From an uncultured Alphaproteobacteria bacterium (GTDB lineage Bacteria; Pseudomonadota; Alphaproteobacteria; RF32; CAG-239): 64,000 nt of DNA. Below the pieces are notes generated by a model. It made no database searches, was not told where the DNA came from, and saw only the letters and a list, made by a program, of their open reading frames with translations. Numbering within the stretch: the first letter of the stretch is position 1; every line of letters begins with the position of its first letter. Of the stretch, positions 37,854 to 47,451 are shown piece by piece. A program made the translations under genes and the position numbers. Where the stretch lies: the NCBI GenBank assembly GCA_944391725.1, contig CALXUQ010000002.1, positions 3,590 through 67,589 on the forward strand, in the 5' to 3' direction.

Positions 37854-38252
37854 ATGCTTAATCATCAGGAAAATCTGCAAAAAGCTATTAAACTAAGTGA
37901 TGAATCGGTGGATAACGGCAGCTCACCTTTTGGTTGTGTTATCGTTAACCCACAGGGAGAAGTGATTGGTGAAGGCTATAATCATGTGGTGTTGGATAAT
38001 GACCCTACTGCTCATGGCGAAATTGTGGCAATTCGTAATGCTTGCGCCAATATCAAAAGTTTTGATTTGTCCGGCTGTGTATTGTATACCTCTTGTGAGC
38101 CCTGCCCGATGTGCCTGAATGCGGCTAAATGGGCTAATATTAAGGAAATTTATTATGCTGCTGACCGCTATGATGCCGAACATATCGGTTTTCGCGACCG
38201 AATCTTTTATGAGGATGATGTCTTGAAAGTTATTCAACTTAAAAATGAATAA
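37854..38252 (+). CDS. CMP/dCMP-type zinc deaminase (TadA/guanine-deaminase-like nucleoside deaminase)
   Basis: The zinc ligands are HGEIVAI ... CEPCPMC (H-A-E and PC-x2-C). Confidence 0.75.
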   Translation: MLNHQENLQKAIKLSDESVDNGSSPFGCVIVNPQGEVIGEGYNHVVLDNDPTAHGEIVAIRNACANIKSFDLSGCVLYTSCEPCPMCLNAAKWANIKEIYYAADRYDAEHIGFRDRIFYEDDVLKVIQLKNE

Positions 38253-38377
38253 GTGGCTGAATAAAAAAGATAAAATTCCTTATTAATTTTTTTTGGATTT
38301 TTGTGCAAAATTCTGTTGCAAAAAAAAATTATGCGGTTTATATTGCCCTTGTTGTTCGACAACAATATGTTTGTTGT

Positions 38378-38453
38378 GGGTGCATAGCTCAGTTGGTAGA
38401 GCAACTGACTCTTAATCAGTGGGTCTGGGGTTCGAACCCCCATGCGCCTACCA
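38378..38453 (+). tRNA. tRNA-Lys (anticodon CTT), CCA encoded
   Basis: The acceptor is GGGTGCA/TGCGCCT (with G:U pairs), the D-arm GCTC-AGTTGGTA-GAGC, the anticodon stem ACTGA/TCAGT with loop CTCTTAA, and the T-arm TGGGG-TTCGAAC-CCCCA. Confidence 0.85.
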
Positions 38454-38458
38454 TTCGT

Positions 38459-38492
38459 AAAAATCGTCTTAATTTGTTAAGGCGATTTTTTT
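38459..38492 (+). terminator. terminator hairpin after tRNA-Lys
   Basis: AATCGTCTTAAtttgTTAAGGCGATTTTTTT is a hairpin followed by a T-run. Confidence 0.6.
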
Positions 38493-38699
38493 ATATCCAT
38501 ATTAAGGGGTTCTCACCCTAAAGGGTTCTTCTGGCTCGTAAGTGTTTTTACAAACACTAACTCGCTGCGGTCACTTGGTTTGTAACATTCGTTTCGCGTC
38601 GCAGGCAGCGCCTGAGGCATCAGTTAGTTGCTTTACGTATATGCCTTGTATCCGCGATGCTTTCTATGTGCCGGTTGCTTGAATTAATTTGTAGCTTCC

Positions 38700-38760
38700 T
38701 TCACGATTGCTCCACAATCGTGTGATGACTTTAAATAAGACTAAAGCAATCGAGAACAGC
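38700..38760 (+). repeat. third copy of the GATGACTTTAAATAA...GCAATCGAGA motif, preceded by the hairpin CACGATTGctccaCAATCGTG
   Basis: GATGACTTTAAATAA (38723-38737) and GCAATCGAGA (38745-38754) are shared with 1338-1366 and 1506-1534. Confidence 0.6.
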
Positions 38761-38797
38761 AATTATTTAAACAATATGTGGAATAGGTTGCAAATTC

Positions 38798-40213
38798 CTA
38801 AAATTTCAAAAGCGGCAGTAAGAACGAAAAGCAACTCCCTCGCCCCGGAATGCTGGAAATTTCGATTTTGGTATCAATCACGGCGGCAATTTTGCTCACG
38901 ATGGTTAATCCCAGCCCTGCTCCTTGTTTACGGTTATCAATAATTTGCGGACTTTGGTAAAATTCTTCAAAAATCTTGTTTCTTTCTTGTTCCGAGATGC
39001 CAGGACCATTGTCTAAAATCATAATCCGGATATGGTCTTGCTCTCTTTTGCAACCCAAAACAATTTTGCTTTGGGTATACTTAAACGCATTGCTCAACAG
39101 ATTGCGAATGATACGCTCAATGAGTATGGGGTCGCTATAAACCTCTCCGTTATGCACCAAAGTATGAAATTTGATGTGTTTGCATGAGGCTAGCTCAGCA
39201 TATTCTTTAGCAATATTCCTGATTAAGCTACCAATGTTGAACTCTTGTGGCTCATATTTAATTCCGCCGGAATCTAATTTGGAAATATCCAGCAAGTTAT
39301 TGAGCAAATTGTTTAAATTATGCGCCGAGGCTTCAATTTTTTCTAAAATTTCTTGTTGTTTCTTGCTCAATCCTTCATCAAACATAGCGGCTATAAAGAT
39401 ATTTAGGGCCTGCATGGGTTGGCGCAAATCATGGCTGGCTTGAGCTAAAAAGTATGATTTATCGCGGTTGGCTTTCTCGGCCATAAATTTGGCTTTTTCA
39501 AGCGCTTGCTGAGTTAGGATAAATTTGCTGACATCTTGAAATGTGCCGGCAATCTTGCTTTGCGCGCCTTCTTGGATGACGGAGGCTTTGTAAACACAAT
39601 AAATTACCTGATTATCCGCGCGGCGTATTCTTAGTTGCCCCTCAACCGGGTGGCGATGTTTTATCAGCTCTTGGAGTTGAGCCCAATATTGTGGCAAGTC
39701 ATCGGGGTAGACATAATCCTTAAAAATATTGCGCTTATATCTCACTTCTTGCGGGTTTACGCCAAATATTTTATACATTTGTGCGGACCAATAAATCCGT
39801 TTATGGTGCCAATCAAATTCCCAATAGCCAAGCTGAGCAATGTTTTCGGCAAAGTTTAGCCGAGAGCTTAATTGTTTTAGCTCGGCGGAGAGTTCGGTCT
39901 TTTCGGTGATATCATGAAAACAGACGGCACAATGATTAGCGTGGGGATAAAAACTGGTTTGATACAGCCTATCGCGAACCATCAAATGGCTCATTTGCGG
40001 GGCTTGACGACGCATACTCTCTTGATATGTTTGGTAAAAATCGGAAAATTCGCCCTGAGGCAATTGAGCTCCTAAGTCGCCTTGAGGGGTGGCCACTTCT
40101 AAAATTTGCGCATTTTGGTTGGCAAGGCAAATCTTACCTTGTTTATCCATCATGACCAAAATATCGGTGGCGGCGTCGGCCAGTTGGCGGAAAGCAAATC
40201 CTTGGTTGTTCAT
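38798..40213 (-). CDS. sensor histidine kinase, cytoplasmic PAS-PAS-HisKA-HATPase type (no TM, no adjacent response regulator)
   Basis: It has the H-box ASHDLRQPMQALNIF, the N-box LLSNAFKYT, G1 DNGPGI and G2 GAGLGL. Two PAS-like regions are upstream. Confidence 0.8.
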   Translation of the reverse strand: MNNQGFAFRQLADAATDILVMMDKQGKICLANQNAQILEVATPQGDLGAQLPQGEFSDFYQTYQESMRRQAPQMSHLMVRDRLYQTSFYPHANHCAVCFHDITEKTELSAELKQLSSRLNFAENIAQLGYWEFDWHHKRIYWSAQMYKIFGVNPQEVRYKRNIFKDYVYPDDLPQYWAQLQELIKHRHPVEGQLRIRRADNQVIYCVYKASVIQEGAQSKIAGTFQDVSKFILTQQALEKAKFMAEKANRDKSYFLAQASHDLRQPMQALNIFIAAMFDEGLSKKQQEILEKIEASAHNLNNLLNNLLDISKLDSGGIKYEPQEFNIGSLIRNIAKEYAELASCKHIKFHTLVHNGEVYSDPILIERIIRNLLSNAFKYTQSKIVLGCKREQDHIRIMILDNGPGISEQERNKIFEEFYQSPQIIDNRKQGAGLGLTIVSKIAAVIDTKIEISSIPGRGSCFSFLLPLLKF

Positions 40214-41208
40214 TGTTCCTTCTTGGCTAATGTATTAAATAAAATGTATCCAGTTTCCGGAGCCAGCTTGAACAGCCAGCCATCATAGTAGAAACTGTTA
40301 TTTTTTATATAATCATTAACGCCAAGAGTTGGAAGACGGTTGGTCGAGATTTTTATTTGAGCCCAGAAAGTTTTTTGCTCGGAGTTGCTAAATAAACTGA
40401 TATCGGTGACCAGACCATTAAACAAAGTGATTTCTAAATCGGTTCGGAGCGGAAAATCGGCCTCCTTAAACTCGTTTTCGGGGATTACTTCTTGAAAAGT
40501 GAGAAAGGAGAAGACATCGGCAAACAAGGTTAAGGTGGCTTGTTCGCCTCGTTGGTTAGTGAACGGTTCACGCGGGGTTAAGCGAGTATATTCAATGTCT
40601 TTATCGTCGATTTCGGCAGATATGGTCCGAATCTGCTCGGGGGCATAGTTTAGCAACGGTTGCTGAAACCATGAATATAGCTTTTGCGGCAGGGTGAAAT
40701 CGTTGTTGACCAACCAGACGTGGTTGTCATTTTTTTTGCGGACGTAGGTATAGAGATTGTCGGCGGTGTTTTTGCCAACCACAATCTCGTCTAAAAGCTT
40801 GTCTTGGGCAAAAGTTTGAATCAATGTACCGGTGGCGGCGGCCTCCCCCTCGCCCGGTAACAATAATTTTAACTCACTTAAAGATTGTTGCTTAAGGTCT
40901 GCCTCGATGAAATATCTACTCTGATTCATATTTATAAACAAGGCGTTTGCTAAAGCAAAGTTGGCATAATAGCCGTGAGCCTCGCGGATTCTCCAAAAAC
41001 CGTCTTTGAGTTCTATGGTGGCCGTTGTATCTGCGTTGGTGATGACGGCACGGTCAAAGTCGGCTCCTTGGTCGGCCGTGTGCTCGAAGAGCAGTTTGCC
41101 CGAAAGGTTGCTTTGCTCTTCCATAGTGGTCAGCCAGATACCGCAGAATGCAAATATCATGGAGGCAAACATCAGGACTAAGCCGATGATGAGGCTTTTT
41201 TTAGTCAT
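40210..41208 (-). CDS. DUF4340-like exported protein associated with the GldG-type ABC system
   Basis: It has an N-terminal TM (MTKKSLIIGLVLMFASMIFAFCGIWL) and is translationally coupled to the upstream gldG-like gene. Confidence 0.5.
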   Translation of the reverse strand: MTKKSLIIGLVLMFASMIFAFCGIWLTTMEEQSNLSGKLLFEHTADQGADFDRAVITNADTTATIELKDGFWRIREAHGYYANFALANALFINMNQSRYFIEADLKQQSLSELKLLLPGEGEAAATGTLIQTFAQDKLLDEIVVGKNTADNLYTYVRKKNDNHVWLVNNDFTLPQKLYSWFQQPLLNYAPEQIRTISAEIDDKDIEYTRLTPREPFTNQRGEQATLTLFADVFSFLTFQEVIPENEFKEADFPLRTDLEITLFNGLVTDISLFSNSEQKTFWAQIKISTNRLPTLGVNDYIKNNSFYYDGWLFKLAPETGYILFNTLAKKEQ

Positions 41209-43105
41209 GGAGCAACCTTTCAGCCCGGCGGGCATAGTGACGGTGAATGATGATGTCTAGTATCCAGGCCACCAAAAGTGCTAAAAGCGGGAAGATTAAG
41301 ACATTGAGGGTGACAATGCCGTTGATGGCATTTTCGCTCTCTTGTTTGATTCTATACTCCATCCGGCGCATTTCTTCTTCTTTTTTCTGCAGGTTGCGCT
41401 GCATTTCCTGGATTTCGCTATATACCTTGACTGAGGCGGCGATTTCTTGATTCTTAATCATCTGCAAAGTGGTGTTAAGAGTGAGTTTTTGTTGCTCAAA
41501 GTCTTGGCGCAGTTCTTCATAGCGGTCGGCAAATTCGGCGGCGGTGAGTTGTTCTAGGCGGCTCCGAATGGTGTCGTCGCGGTTGGCCATTTCTTTACTG
41601 CCGATGGCCATGAAATTGGCATTGCCGCTTAAATAGTCAACCGAGCGCAACAAAAAGTCATAATTGTTGTTGTAGGGCACAATTTCATCAATCTTGCTGC
41701 CGGTGCGAAAACCAGTAGACACCCAGTTTTGTTGATATATCCAGTCAGAATCGGCAACAACTATGATTTGAGCCGGAGTGACACTGCTGCTTAGATAAGG
41801 CAATAAATTTTGCGATATATTACTTTCGGCAAAGGGATCGCTCTCAAAAATGCTATGATAATTGCCTTGGCTCAGAGCGGCAAGGATAATCGGGGCGGAA
41901 CTTTCTTTCATGAATTTAACAACTTCGAGCTTGTCGCCATATTTGGCAATTTTAGCATCTATCGTCATGGCATCGGCCGAGGTTTGCAGCAAAACAGAGG
42001 TTTTGGCGCCTTCTATCGGCTCTAAAAGCAAACTCCCCGGGGTTTTGAAACTCATGGTGGTCAGATTTTTGGTGAGGGGACTTTCCGCATTGAGATACCC
42101 TGCCGATAAGTTAAACCAAGGATAATATTTGCGGACGGAGCCGTCGGCAAAGGTGATTTCGGAGGAGAGTTGTCTGTCGCCGATGACTTTGCCGCTTTGG
42201 TAATCAATTCCATAGCTCTTGAGCAATAAATTGATGTCGGAGCCTTCTTGTTCGGTGACACCTTTGAGGGCATCTTCATATTCGGAGAACGGATCTACCA
42301 ACACCAGCAGGTTGCCTCCCCGCATGACAAACTGGTCGATGGCATACATACCAACAGCGGAAAGTTGGCGGGTGCTGACCACTATAAGAGTATTGATATC
42401 TAAGGGAATTTGCGGAGAACCGGCGGATACCTCAACCACATTATAGTCTTGTCTTAGGAGTTTGACAAAAGTCCAGTCTTTGTCGGCTTTGCGACCGCGG
42501 TAAGTGGTATCGAGAATCGGTAAGTCAGGTGACATTATACCAATGTTCTGGCGCTTAAATCCGCTTAAGGCCTCAATGCCGCGGGTTAAGTCATTTTCCA
42601 GATAGTTTTGGCGCAGACTCTGAAAATAAGGTATAACATAACTTTTGCCTTGGGCGTTGGTCATGACGGCTCCAAAATAGTAGCCGTTTTCGCTTTCAGA
42701 GGTAGAAAACTTTCTTAAGCCGTAGCGTTTGGCGTCTTCTTCCACACTGCTATAGGGCTCTGGATTGAAAATGTTTATTTTGATTTGGTTATGTGATTCA
42801 TTACGATAGCGATCCAGCATACGCATCACAATTTGGGCATATTGCGCATAGAGCGGATAGTCTTTGTATATCTCGGACGAATAATATATATTTATGTTTA
42901 TCGGCTGAGAGAGATTTTTGAGCGCCTTTTGAGTCTCGGGGCGGAAGCTGTAGCGTTGGTCACGAGTGAGGTCAAGTTTGTGGTCGGCAAACAATAAGCC
43001 AGAGGCCATATTCAGCAACACAAAACAAGTCAATAAAATCAGTATAAACAAAACTACCGAACCATGCTTTTTAAGGCTGCGGATTTTGGCTGATGAAATG
43101 TTCAT
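41201..43105 (-). CDS. GldG-like ABC-transporter auxiliary component
   Basis: It is a large periplasmic protein with N- and C-terminal TM helices, following an ABC-2 permease and an ATPase in the gldA-gldF-gldG order. Confidence 0.65.
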   Translation of the reverse strand: MNISSAKIRSLKKHGSVVLFILILLTCFVLLNMASGLLFADHKLDLTRDQRYSFRPETQKALKNLSQPININIYYSSEIYKDYPLYAQYAQIVMRMLDRYRNESHNQIKINIFNPEPYSSVEEDAKRYGLRKFSTSESENGYYFGAVMTNAQGKSYVIPYFQSLRQNYLENDLTRGIEALSGFKRQNIGIMSPDLPILDTTYRGRKADKDWTFVKLLRQDYNVVEVSAGSPQIPLDINTLIVVSTRQLSAVGMYAIDQFVMRGGNLLVLVDPFSEYEDALKGVTEQEGSDINLLLKSYGIDYQSGKVIGDRQLSSEITFADGSVRKYYPWFNLSAGYLNAESPLTKNLTTMSFKTPGSLLLEPIEGAKTSVLLQTSADAMTIDAKIAKYGDKLEVVKFMKESSAPIILAALSQGNYHSIFESDPFAESNISQNLLPYLSSSVTPAQIIVVADSDWIYQQNWVSTGFRTGSKIDEIVPYNNNYDFLLRSVDYLSGNANFMAIGSKEMANRDDTIRSRLEQLTAAEFADRYEELRQDFEQQKLTLNTTLQMIKNQEIAASVKVYSEIQEMQRNLQKKEEEMRRMEYRIKQESENAINGIVTLNVLIFPLLALLVAWILDIIIHRHYARRAERLLHD

Positions 43106-43119
43106 GTCCCTCTCCTTTC

Positions 43120-43860
43120 CTAACTCTTTTTATATTCTACCGTGATGACATTGAGCCATAAAGGCAAAATCATCATGCTGAGATAGTAAATAATGTTGTC
43201 AAGCCCAAGCTGACCGCCGCTTAAGTCCTGAAAATGTTTGGAGAAGTTGAGCGACTGAATGGTGCGTATCATAATGTTGCTTGAGAAGCCAAATTCGCTT
43301 ATCAAAAAGTCAAAATTGCCGGTGCTGATGATGAGTGATAATATCAGTGTGGCAATGTAGGCAATGACCGGACTTTTGTTGAAAGCCGAAACGCAACAGC
43401 CAACAGCGCAAAAAGTGCCGGAAATAAACCAACAAGCAAGATATGAACACAAAATGTTTAGATAGTCTATCGGATAGATACTGCCAACCGAAAATAAAAA
43501 CGGCATGGTTACAACCAATAATACCGTGCAGAACATCCAGGCGGAGAAAAATTTGCCCAAAACTACCCCCGTGTAACTCACAGGCTGGGTCAGTAAAACT
43601 TCCATGGTGCCGGAGCGACGTTCTTCGGCCCACAAGCGCATGGTGATGGCCGGTACCAAAAGCGCAAAAATATCTCCCTGAAAGTAGAAAAATGAAAAAA
43701 GTTCCATGTTGTTGAGGTCAAAAAATCCGCCCATGTAAAAAGCGGCAAACATGGAGATAAAGGCATAGGCTCCGAGCAAAAAATAAGCCAGACGGCTGCG
43801 GAAATATCCGCCAAACTCTTTGGCAAAAATGATATAGGTTTGATACATCATTATACTCAC
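43120..43860 (-). CDS. ABC-2 type transporter permease (GldF-like)
   Basis: It is a 6-TM ABC-2 family permease. Confidence 0.7.
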   Translation of the reverse strand: MSIMMYQTYIIFAKEFGGYFRSRLAYFLLGAYAFISMFAAFYMGGFFDLNNMELFSFFYFQGDIFALLVPAITMRLWAEERRSGTMEVLLTQPVSYTGVVLGKFFSAWMFCTVLLVVTMPFLFSVGSIYPIDYLNILCSYLACWFISGTFCAVGCCVSAFNKSPVIAYIATLILSLIISTGNFDFLISEFGFSSNIMIRTIQSLNFSKHFQDLSGGQLGLDNIIYYLSMMILPLWLNVITVEYKKS

Positions 43861-43862
43861 TC

Positions 43863-44576
43863 CTATTGGTTGATGATTTGGCGGAAGGCGTCTTCCAGAT
43901 TTTGGCTCTTGGCAAAGCTTTTGAGGTCAACGGCGGTTGAATCTTTAATTATGCGGCCTTTGTTCATCATAATTACGCGGGTGGCTAAAGCCTCTACTTC
44001 TTCCATGATGTGGGTGGAAACCACGACTAAATTTCTTTGTCCGTAGCTTTTGATAAACTGGCGAAAAACGTGTTTTTGGTTGGGGTCTAGGCCCTCGGTG
44101 GGCTCATCTAAAATCAGGACTTGGGGTTTGGTAAGCAAAGCGCCGGCGATGGCGGTGCGATGTCTAAACCCTTTGGAAAGTGTTTCAATTCGTTGGTTTA
44201 TCACCGTTTTTAGTTCAAAATTATTTACAATCTCGTTATAGCGCTCCTGAAAGGCAGAATCGTCCATGCGGCGGAGTTTGGCTATAAATAAAAAATATTC
44301 AAAAACGGTCATGTCACCGTACAGCGGGCTGTTTTCTGGAACGTAGCCGATGTTTTTGAGAGCTTCTTGTCGGGCGGTAGTGATGTCGTGGCCCAAAATG
44401 CTGACACTGCCGGAACTGGGCTCAAGATATCCGCTGAGCAGGCGCATCAGTGTGGTCTTTCCGGCGCCGTTGGGACCCAATAAGGTGACGATTTCTCCGC
44501 GCTTTAGCGCAAAATTAACATTGTTGACGGCGCGGATGCGGCCGAAATTTTTGGAGAGTTTTTTGACTACCAGCAT
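43863..44576 (-). CDS. ABC transporter ATP-binding protein (GldA-like)
   Basis: It has Walker A GPNGAGKTT, the signature LSKGFRHR and Walker B VLILDEPT. Confidence 0.8.
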   Translation of the reverse strand: MLVVKKLSKNFGRIRAVNNVNFALKRGEIVTLLGPNGAGKTTLMRLLSGYLEPSSGSVSILGHDITTARQEALKNIGYVPENSPLYGDMTVFEYFLFIAKLRRMDDSAFQERYNEIVNNFELKTVINQRIETLSKGFRHRTAIAGALLTKPQVLILDEPTEGLDPNQKHVFRQFIKSYGQRNLVVVSTHIMEEVEALATRVIMMNKGRIIKDSTAVDLKSFAKSQNLEDAFRQIINQ

Positions 44577-44764
44577 GAAGTTCCTCCTGCCATATGTTTT
44601 TATCTATTTTAACAAATTTATTTTAAAGTGTAAGAATTATTTTTGCATTTTGAGCAATTTTGCAACGGTCGTGCAAAAAGGTTGCTGACAAATTGGTTAT
44701 TTTGGTTTATTTCTATGTAAAAATTGGTATGATAAGTCAATTTTTGATATTTATGGAGCTAAAA

Positions 44765-45307
44765 ATGGCAGTGGAAATGTATTCTCGCGAGGAAAGCAAA
44801 TTCTTGAAAGTGGGGCTTTATATCAGCCTTATTTTGCTGGTGTTGCTGGCTTATTTTGTGAGTAATCATAAAAAAGTGGAACTCGATAACGGTAAGTATT
44901 ATTCGGTAACGGCGCGCTTTAACCGTACGGACGGTCTGTTGGTCGGAGATTGGGTCAGAATGGCCGGGATGAATGTCGGTAAAGTGGTGGATGCTAAGTT
45001 AGATGACCATTTTAAGGCAATTTTGACGATGGAAATTAAAGACGGAATCAATATCCCCGATGATAGCAGCGCCTCTATCGTGAGCGGAGGTTTGGTCGGG
45101 TCCAAATATATTGAAATTGAACCCGGCGGGTCGGAAGATATGATCGCTCCGGGCGGAGAATTTGCTTATACTCAAGATGCAATGGTGATTGAGGAGTTGT
45201 TGGATAGAATTGTGAGTATCGGCAAGGCTAATCGTGAGCAGTTGGTGGAAGATGCCGCTAAGTGCAAAGCTCAAAGCAATGAAAAAAATTCTAGTAAACA
45301 AAATTAA
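44765..45307 (+). CDS. MlaD/MCE-domain protein
   Basis: An N-terminal TM helix is followed by an MCE domain (GLLVGDWVRMAGMNVGKV). The start is at the RBS-preceded Met (GGAG). Confidence 0.7.
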   Translation: MAVEMYSREESKFLKVGLYISLILLVLLAYFVSNHKKVELDNGKYYSVTARFNRTDGLLVGDWVRMAGMNVGKVVDAKLDDHFKAILTMEIKDGINIPDDSSASIVSGGLVGSKYIEIEPGGSEDMIAPGGEFAYTQDAMVIEELLDRIVSIGKANREQLVEDAAKCKAQSNEKNSSKQN

Positions 45308-45328
45308 TGTAGCAGGCAAGGAGATTTT

Positions 45329-45784
45329 TTGATGAATAAGAGACCAGTTGAAACAATTATGGGGTTAGTCGTGGTGTTTGTGGCGGCTTTCTTCCTCTAT
45401 TTTGCTTATAATGTTTCGGATTTGCAGGTGGTGAAAGGTTATAATGTTACGGCACGTTTCCTGAAAGTCGGTGGTTTGAACGTCGGTTCTGATGTGCGAA
45501 TCAACGGAATTAAGGTCGGTACCGTGGTTGGTCAACAGCTTGATGCTGATAATTATGAAGCCGAAATTAAGATGAGCTTGGCCTCAAATATTAAACTGCC
45601 GAAAGACAGCACGGCCGTGATTGCAAGTTCGGGTTTGGTGGGTGATAAGTTTATTAAAATTGAACCGGGTAAAGCTTCGGAATTCTTGCAAGACGGCGAT
45701 GTTATCTCTAATACCAAAGATTTTAAGACTTTGGAAGATATGGTGGGCGAAATCATTTTTATGGTGACAGATAATGGCAATTAA
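45329..45784 (+). CDS. MlaD/MCE-domain protein, second tandem paralogue
   Basis: It has the same architecture (TM plus MCE: GGLNVGSDVRINGIKVGTV). Confidence 0.7.
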   Translation: MMNKRPVETIMGLVVVFVAAFFLYFAYNVSDLQVVKGYNVTARFLKVGGLNVGSDVRINGIKVGTVVGQQLDADNYEAEIKMSLASNIKLPKDSTAVIASSGLVGDKFIKIEPGKASEFLQDGDVISNTKDFKTLEDMVGEIIFMVTDNGN

Positions 45785-46838
45785 AATCAAATTATTGGCT
45801 TCTATCCCTGCTCTGGCGCTTGCGCTTGGCGGAAGTTTGGCTCAGGCCAAAGAAATTGACACCAATATTGCAAGAATGCAAGCTATGGACAAGATTACCG
45901 GTATGGTGCGGGTAATTAATGTGCCGGTTAACAGTGAGGTGAAGTATGGCAGTTTTTCGATTGTGGTACGTGCCTGCAAAACTCGTCCGCCCGAAGAAAC
46001 ACCGGAAAATTTTGCCTTTGTTGACGTGGTGGATAATTATAAAAGCGAAAATCCGGTTAATATCTTTCGGGGGTGGATGATTTCTTCTTCTCCGTCGCTT
46101 AATCCGGTGGAACATCCAATTTATGATATTTGGCTGTTGAGCTGTGAAAACGGTGCAATTAATCCGAATTTGAAAATTATGACAGCCGAGGAACTTAAAG
46201 CACGTGAACAAATCCCTCAGGTGAATACTCAAGCTAAAAATGAGCCGATTGATGTGGAAAACGTGCCGGCTAATTTGCTGAATGGCGGAAAAGAACCGGT
46301 AGATGCTACTTTGGCTAATGAAGCTCCTGCACCAACAACCGAAACAGTTGCAACTCCCAATATGGTTAAAGCTGTGGCTGATGGGGCTGTTAATTTGCAA
46401 GCTAGTGATGTTCAAACAGAAGAAGCCCAAATTCCGGCTCAGTCTGAAAATACACAAGGCGACGGGGTGCCGCAAGCTTTGGTTAATATAAATACCGGAG
46501 CGGCTGCAGAACCAGCTGCGCCAACGGATGCTCCGCAACGGCCGGAAAATGTTTCGGCAGATAATGTGCAGTCTGATATGCTGACATCAGCAGAGAGTGT
46601 GACGACGGAACCGACAGAAATTAATCCGGAGAGTGCGGAAAATACCGCTCCGGCAAACTTGCCCGAGATGCCGCTTATTCCGGAAGATATTCCGACCGCA
46701 TTGCCGGCTGATAACAATGCTCAGACAGCTCCGATGACAGCTGAAGATATTGAGCTTCCGGAAGATAATATGCTTCCGGCGGAGGAGTTTGAAGAAAACG
46801 GTATGTTAGATGATCAATTGATTGATTTTTCCGAATAG
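45774..46838 (+). CDS. DUF2155-domain periplasmic protein with an acidic Pro/Ala/Glu/Thr-rich C-terminal tail
   Basis: A signal peptide (LLASIPALALALGGSLAQA) and a ~130-aa conserved N-domain (KYGSFSIVVRACKTRPPEE...NIFRGWM...IYDIWLLSCE) are followed by a ~200-aa low-complexity tail. Confidence 0.6.
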   Translation: MAIKIKLLASIPALALALGGSLAQAKEIDTNIARMQAMDKITGMVRVINVPVNSEVKYGSFSIVVRACKTRPPEETPENFAFVDVVDNYKSENPVNIFRGWMISSSPSLNPVEHPIYDIWLLSCENGAINPNLKIMTAEELKAREQIPQVNTQAKNEPIDVENVPANLLNGGKEPVDATLANEAPAPTTETVATPNMVKAVADGAVNLQASDVQTEEAQIPAQSENTQGDGVPQALVNINTGAAAEPAAPTDAPQRPENVSADNVQSDMLTSAESVTTEPTEINPESAENTAPANLPEMPLIPEDIPTALPADNNAQTAPMTAEDIELPEDNMLPAEEFEENGMLDDQLIDFSE

Positions 46839-46890
46839 TCTTTCAAACTGCATGAAAAAGCGCCTTAGGGCGCTTTTTTTATGTGGGTAT

Positions 46891-47451
46891 CTATATGTGA
46901 TATACGTAAACTTTGAGAGGAAGAAAACCGTAGGTGGGGGCGGAAATTTCTTTTAGTGGTGTCAGTTCCTTGATGGCAAAGGCGGATGAAATGATGATGC
47001 TGCCTTGTTTTAGCTCATGTTTGAATTTGTTTGACAGGTCTTGCGACAATTCATTACTCAAAAAGCACATAACTAAGTCGACATCACTCAAATCGGCTTG
47101 CATAAAATTTTGTTTGATAAAGCGGAGGTTATCCAGCCCCTGCCCTCGCCAAGCGGAAATGCGCCAGAGGGTCCATGACCACTCATAGCCGCAAAAGTGG
47201 TGCTGTGGAAAAGCTTGAGCCAAGGGCAAGAGCATGCGTCCGTCACCGCTGCCCAAATCGACAATTTTAAGCGGTTTGTTACTGCTCGGCAAAATTTTTC
47301 GGGCTTCTTGGAGGCTGATGTTTTTCATGGCTCCGAAAGTGGGCACAAAAGGTGGATATTTCCCGTGTTCGGATTTGAGATATGCTGATATGATGTATAT
47401 AGACACATAAATTGAGATAAAAGTTAAGACTATGGTTAGGGCCAATAGCAT
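46891..47451 (-). CDS. class I SAM-dependent methyltransferase with N-terminal TM helix
   Basis: It has IVDLGSGDGRMLL (motif I) and DLVMCF (motif II/III). Confidence 0.65.
   Translation of the reverse strand: MLLALTIVLTFISIYVSIYIISAYLKSEHGKYPPFVPTFGAMKNISLQEARKILPSSNKPLKIVDLGSGDGRMLLPLAQAFPQHHFCGYEWSWTLWRISAWRGQGLDNLRFIKQNFMQADLSDVDLVMCFLSNELSQDLSNKFKHELKQGSIIISSAFAIKELTPLKEISAPTYGFLPLKVYVYHI

Noticed and set aside
36578-38252. HD-domain protein plus divergent deaminase as a candidate nucleotide-based defence pair.
   Set aside because: Both are short single-domain proteins with housekeeping-type motifs. They are divergently transcribed across a 360-bp AT-rich promoter region. No NTPase, nuclease or sensor partner is present.
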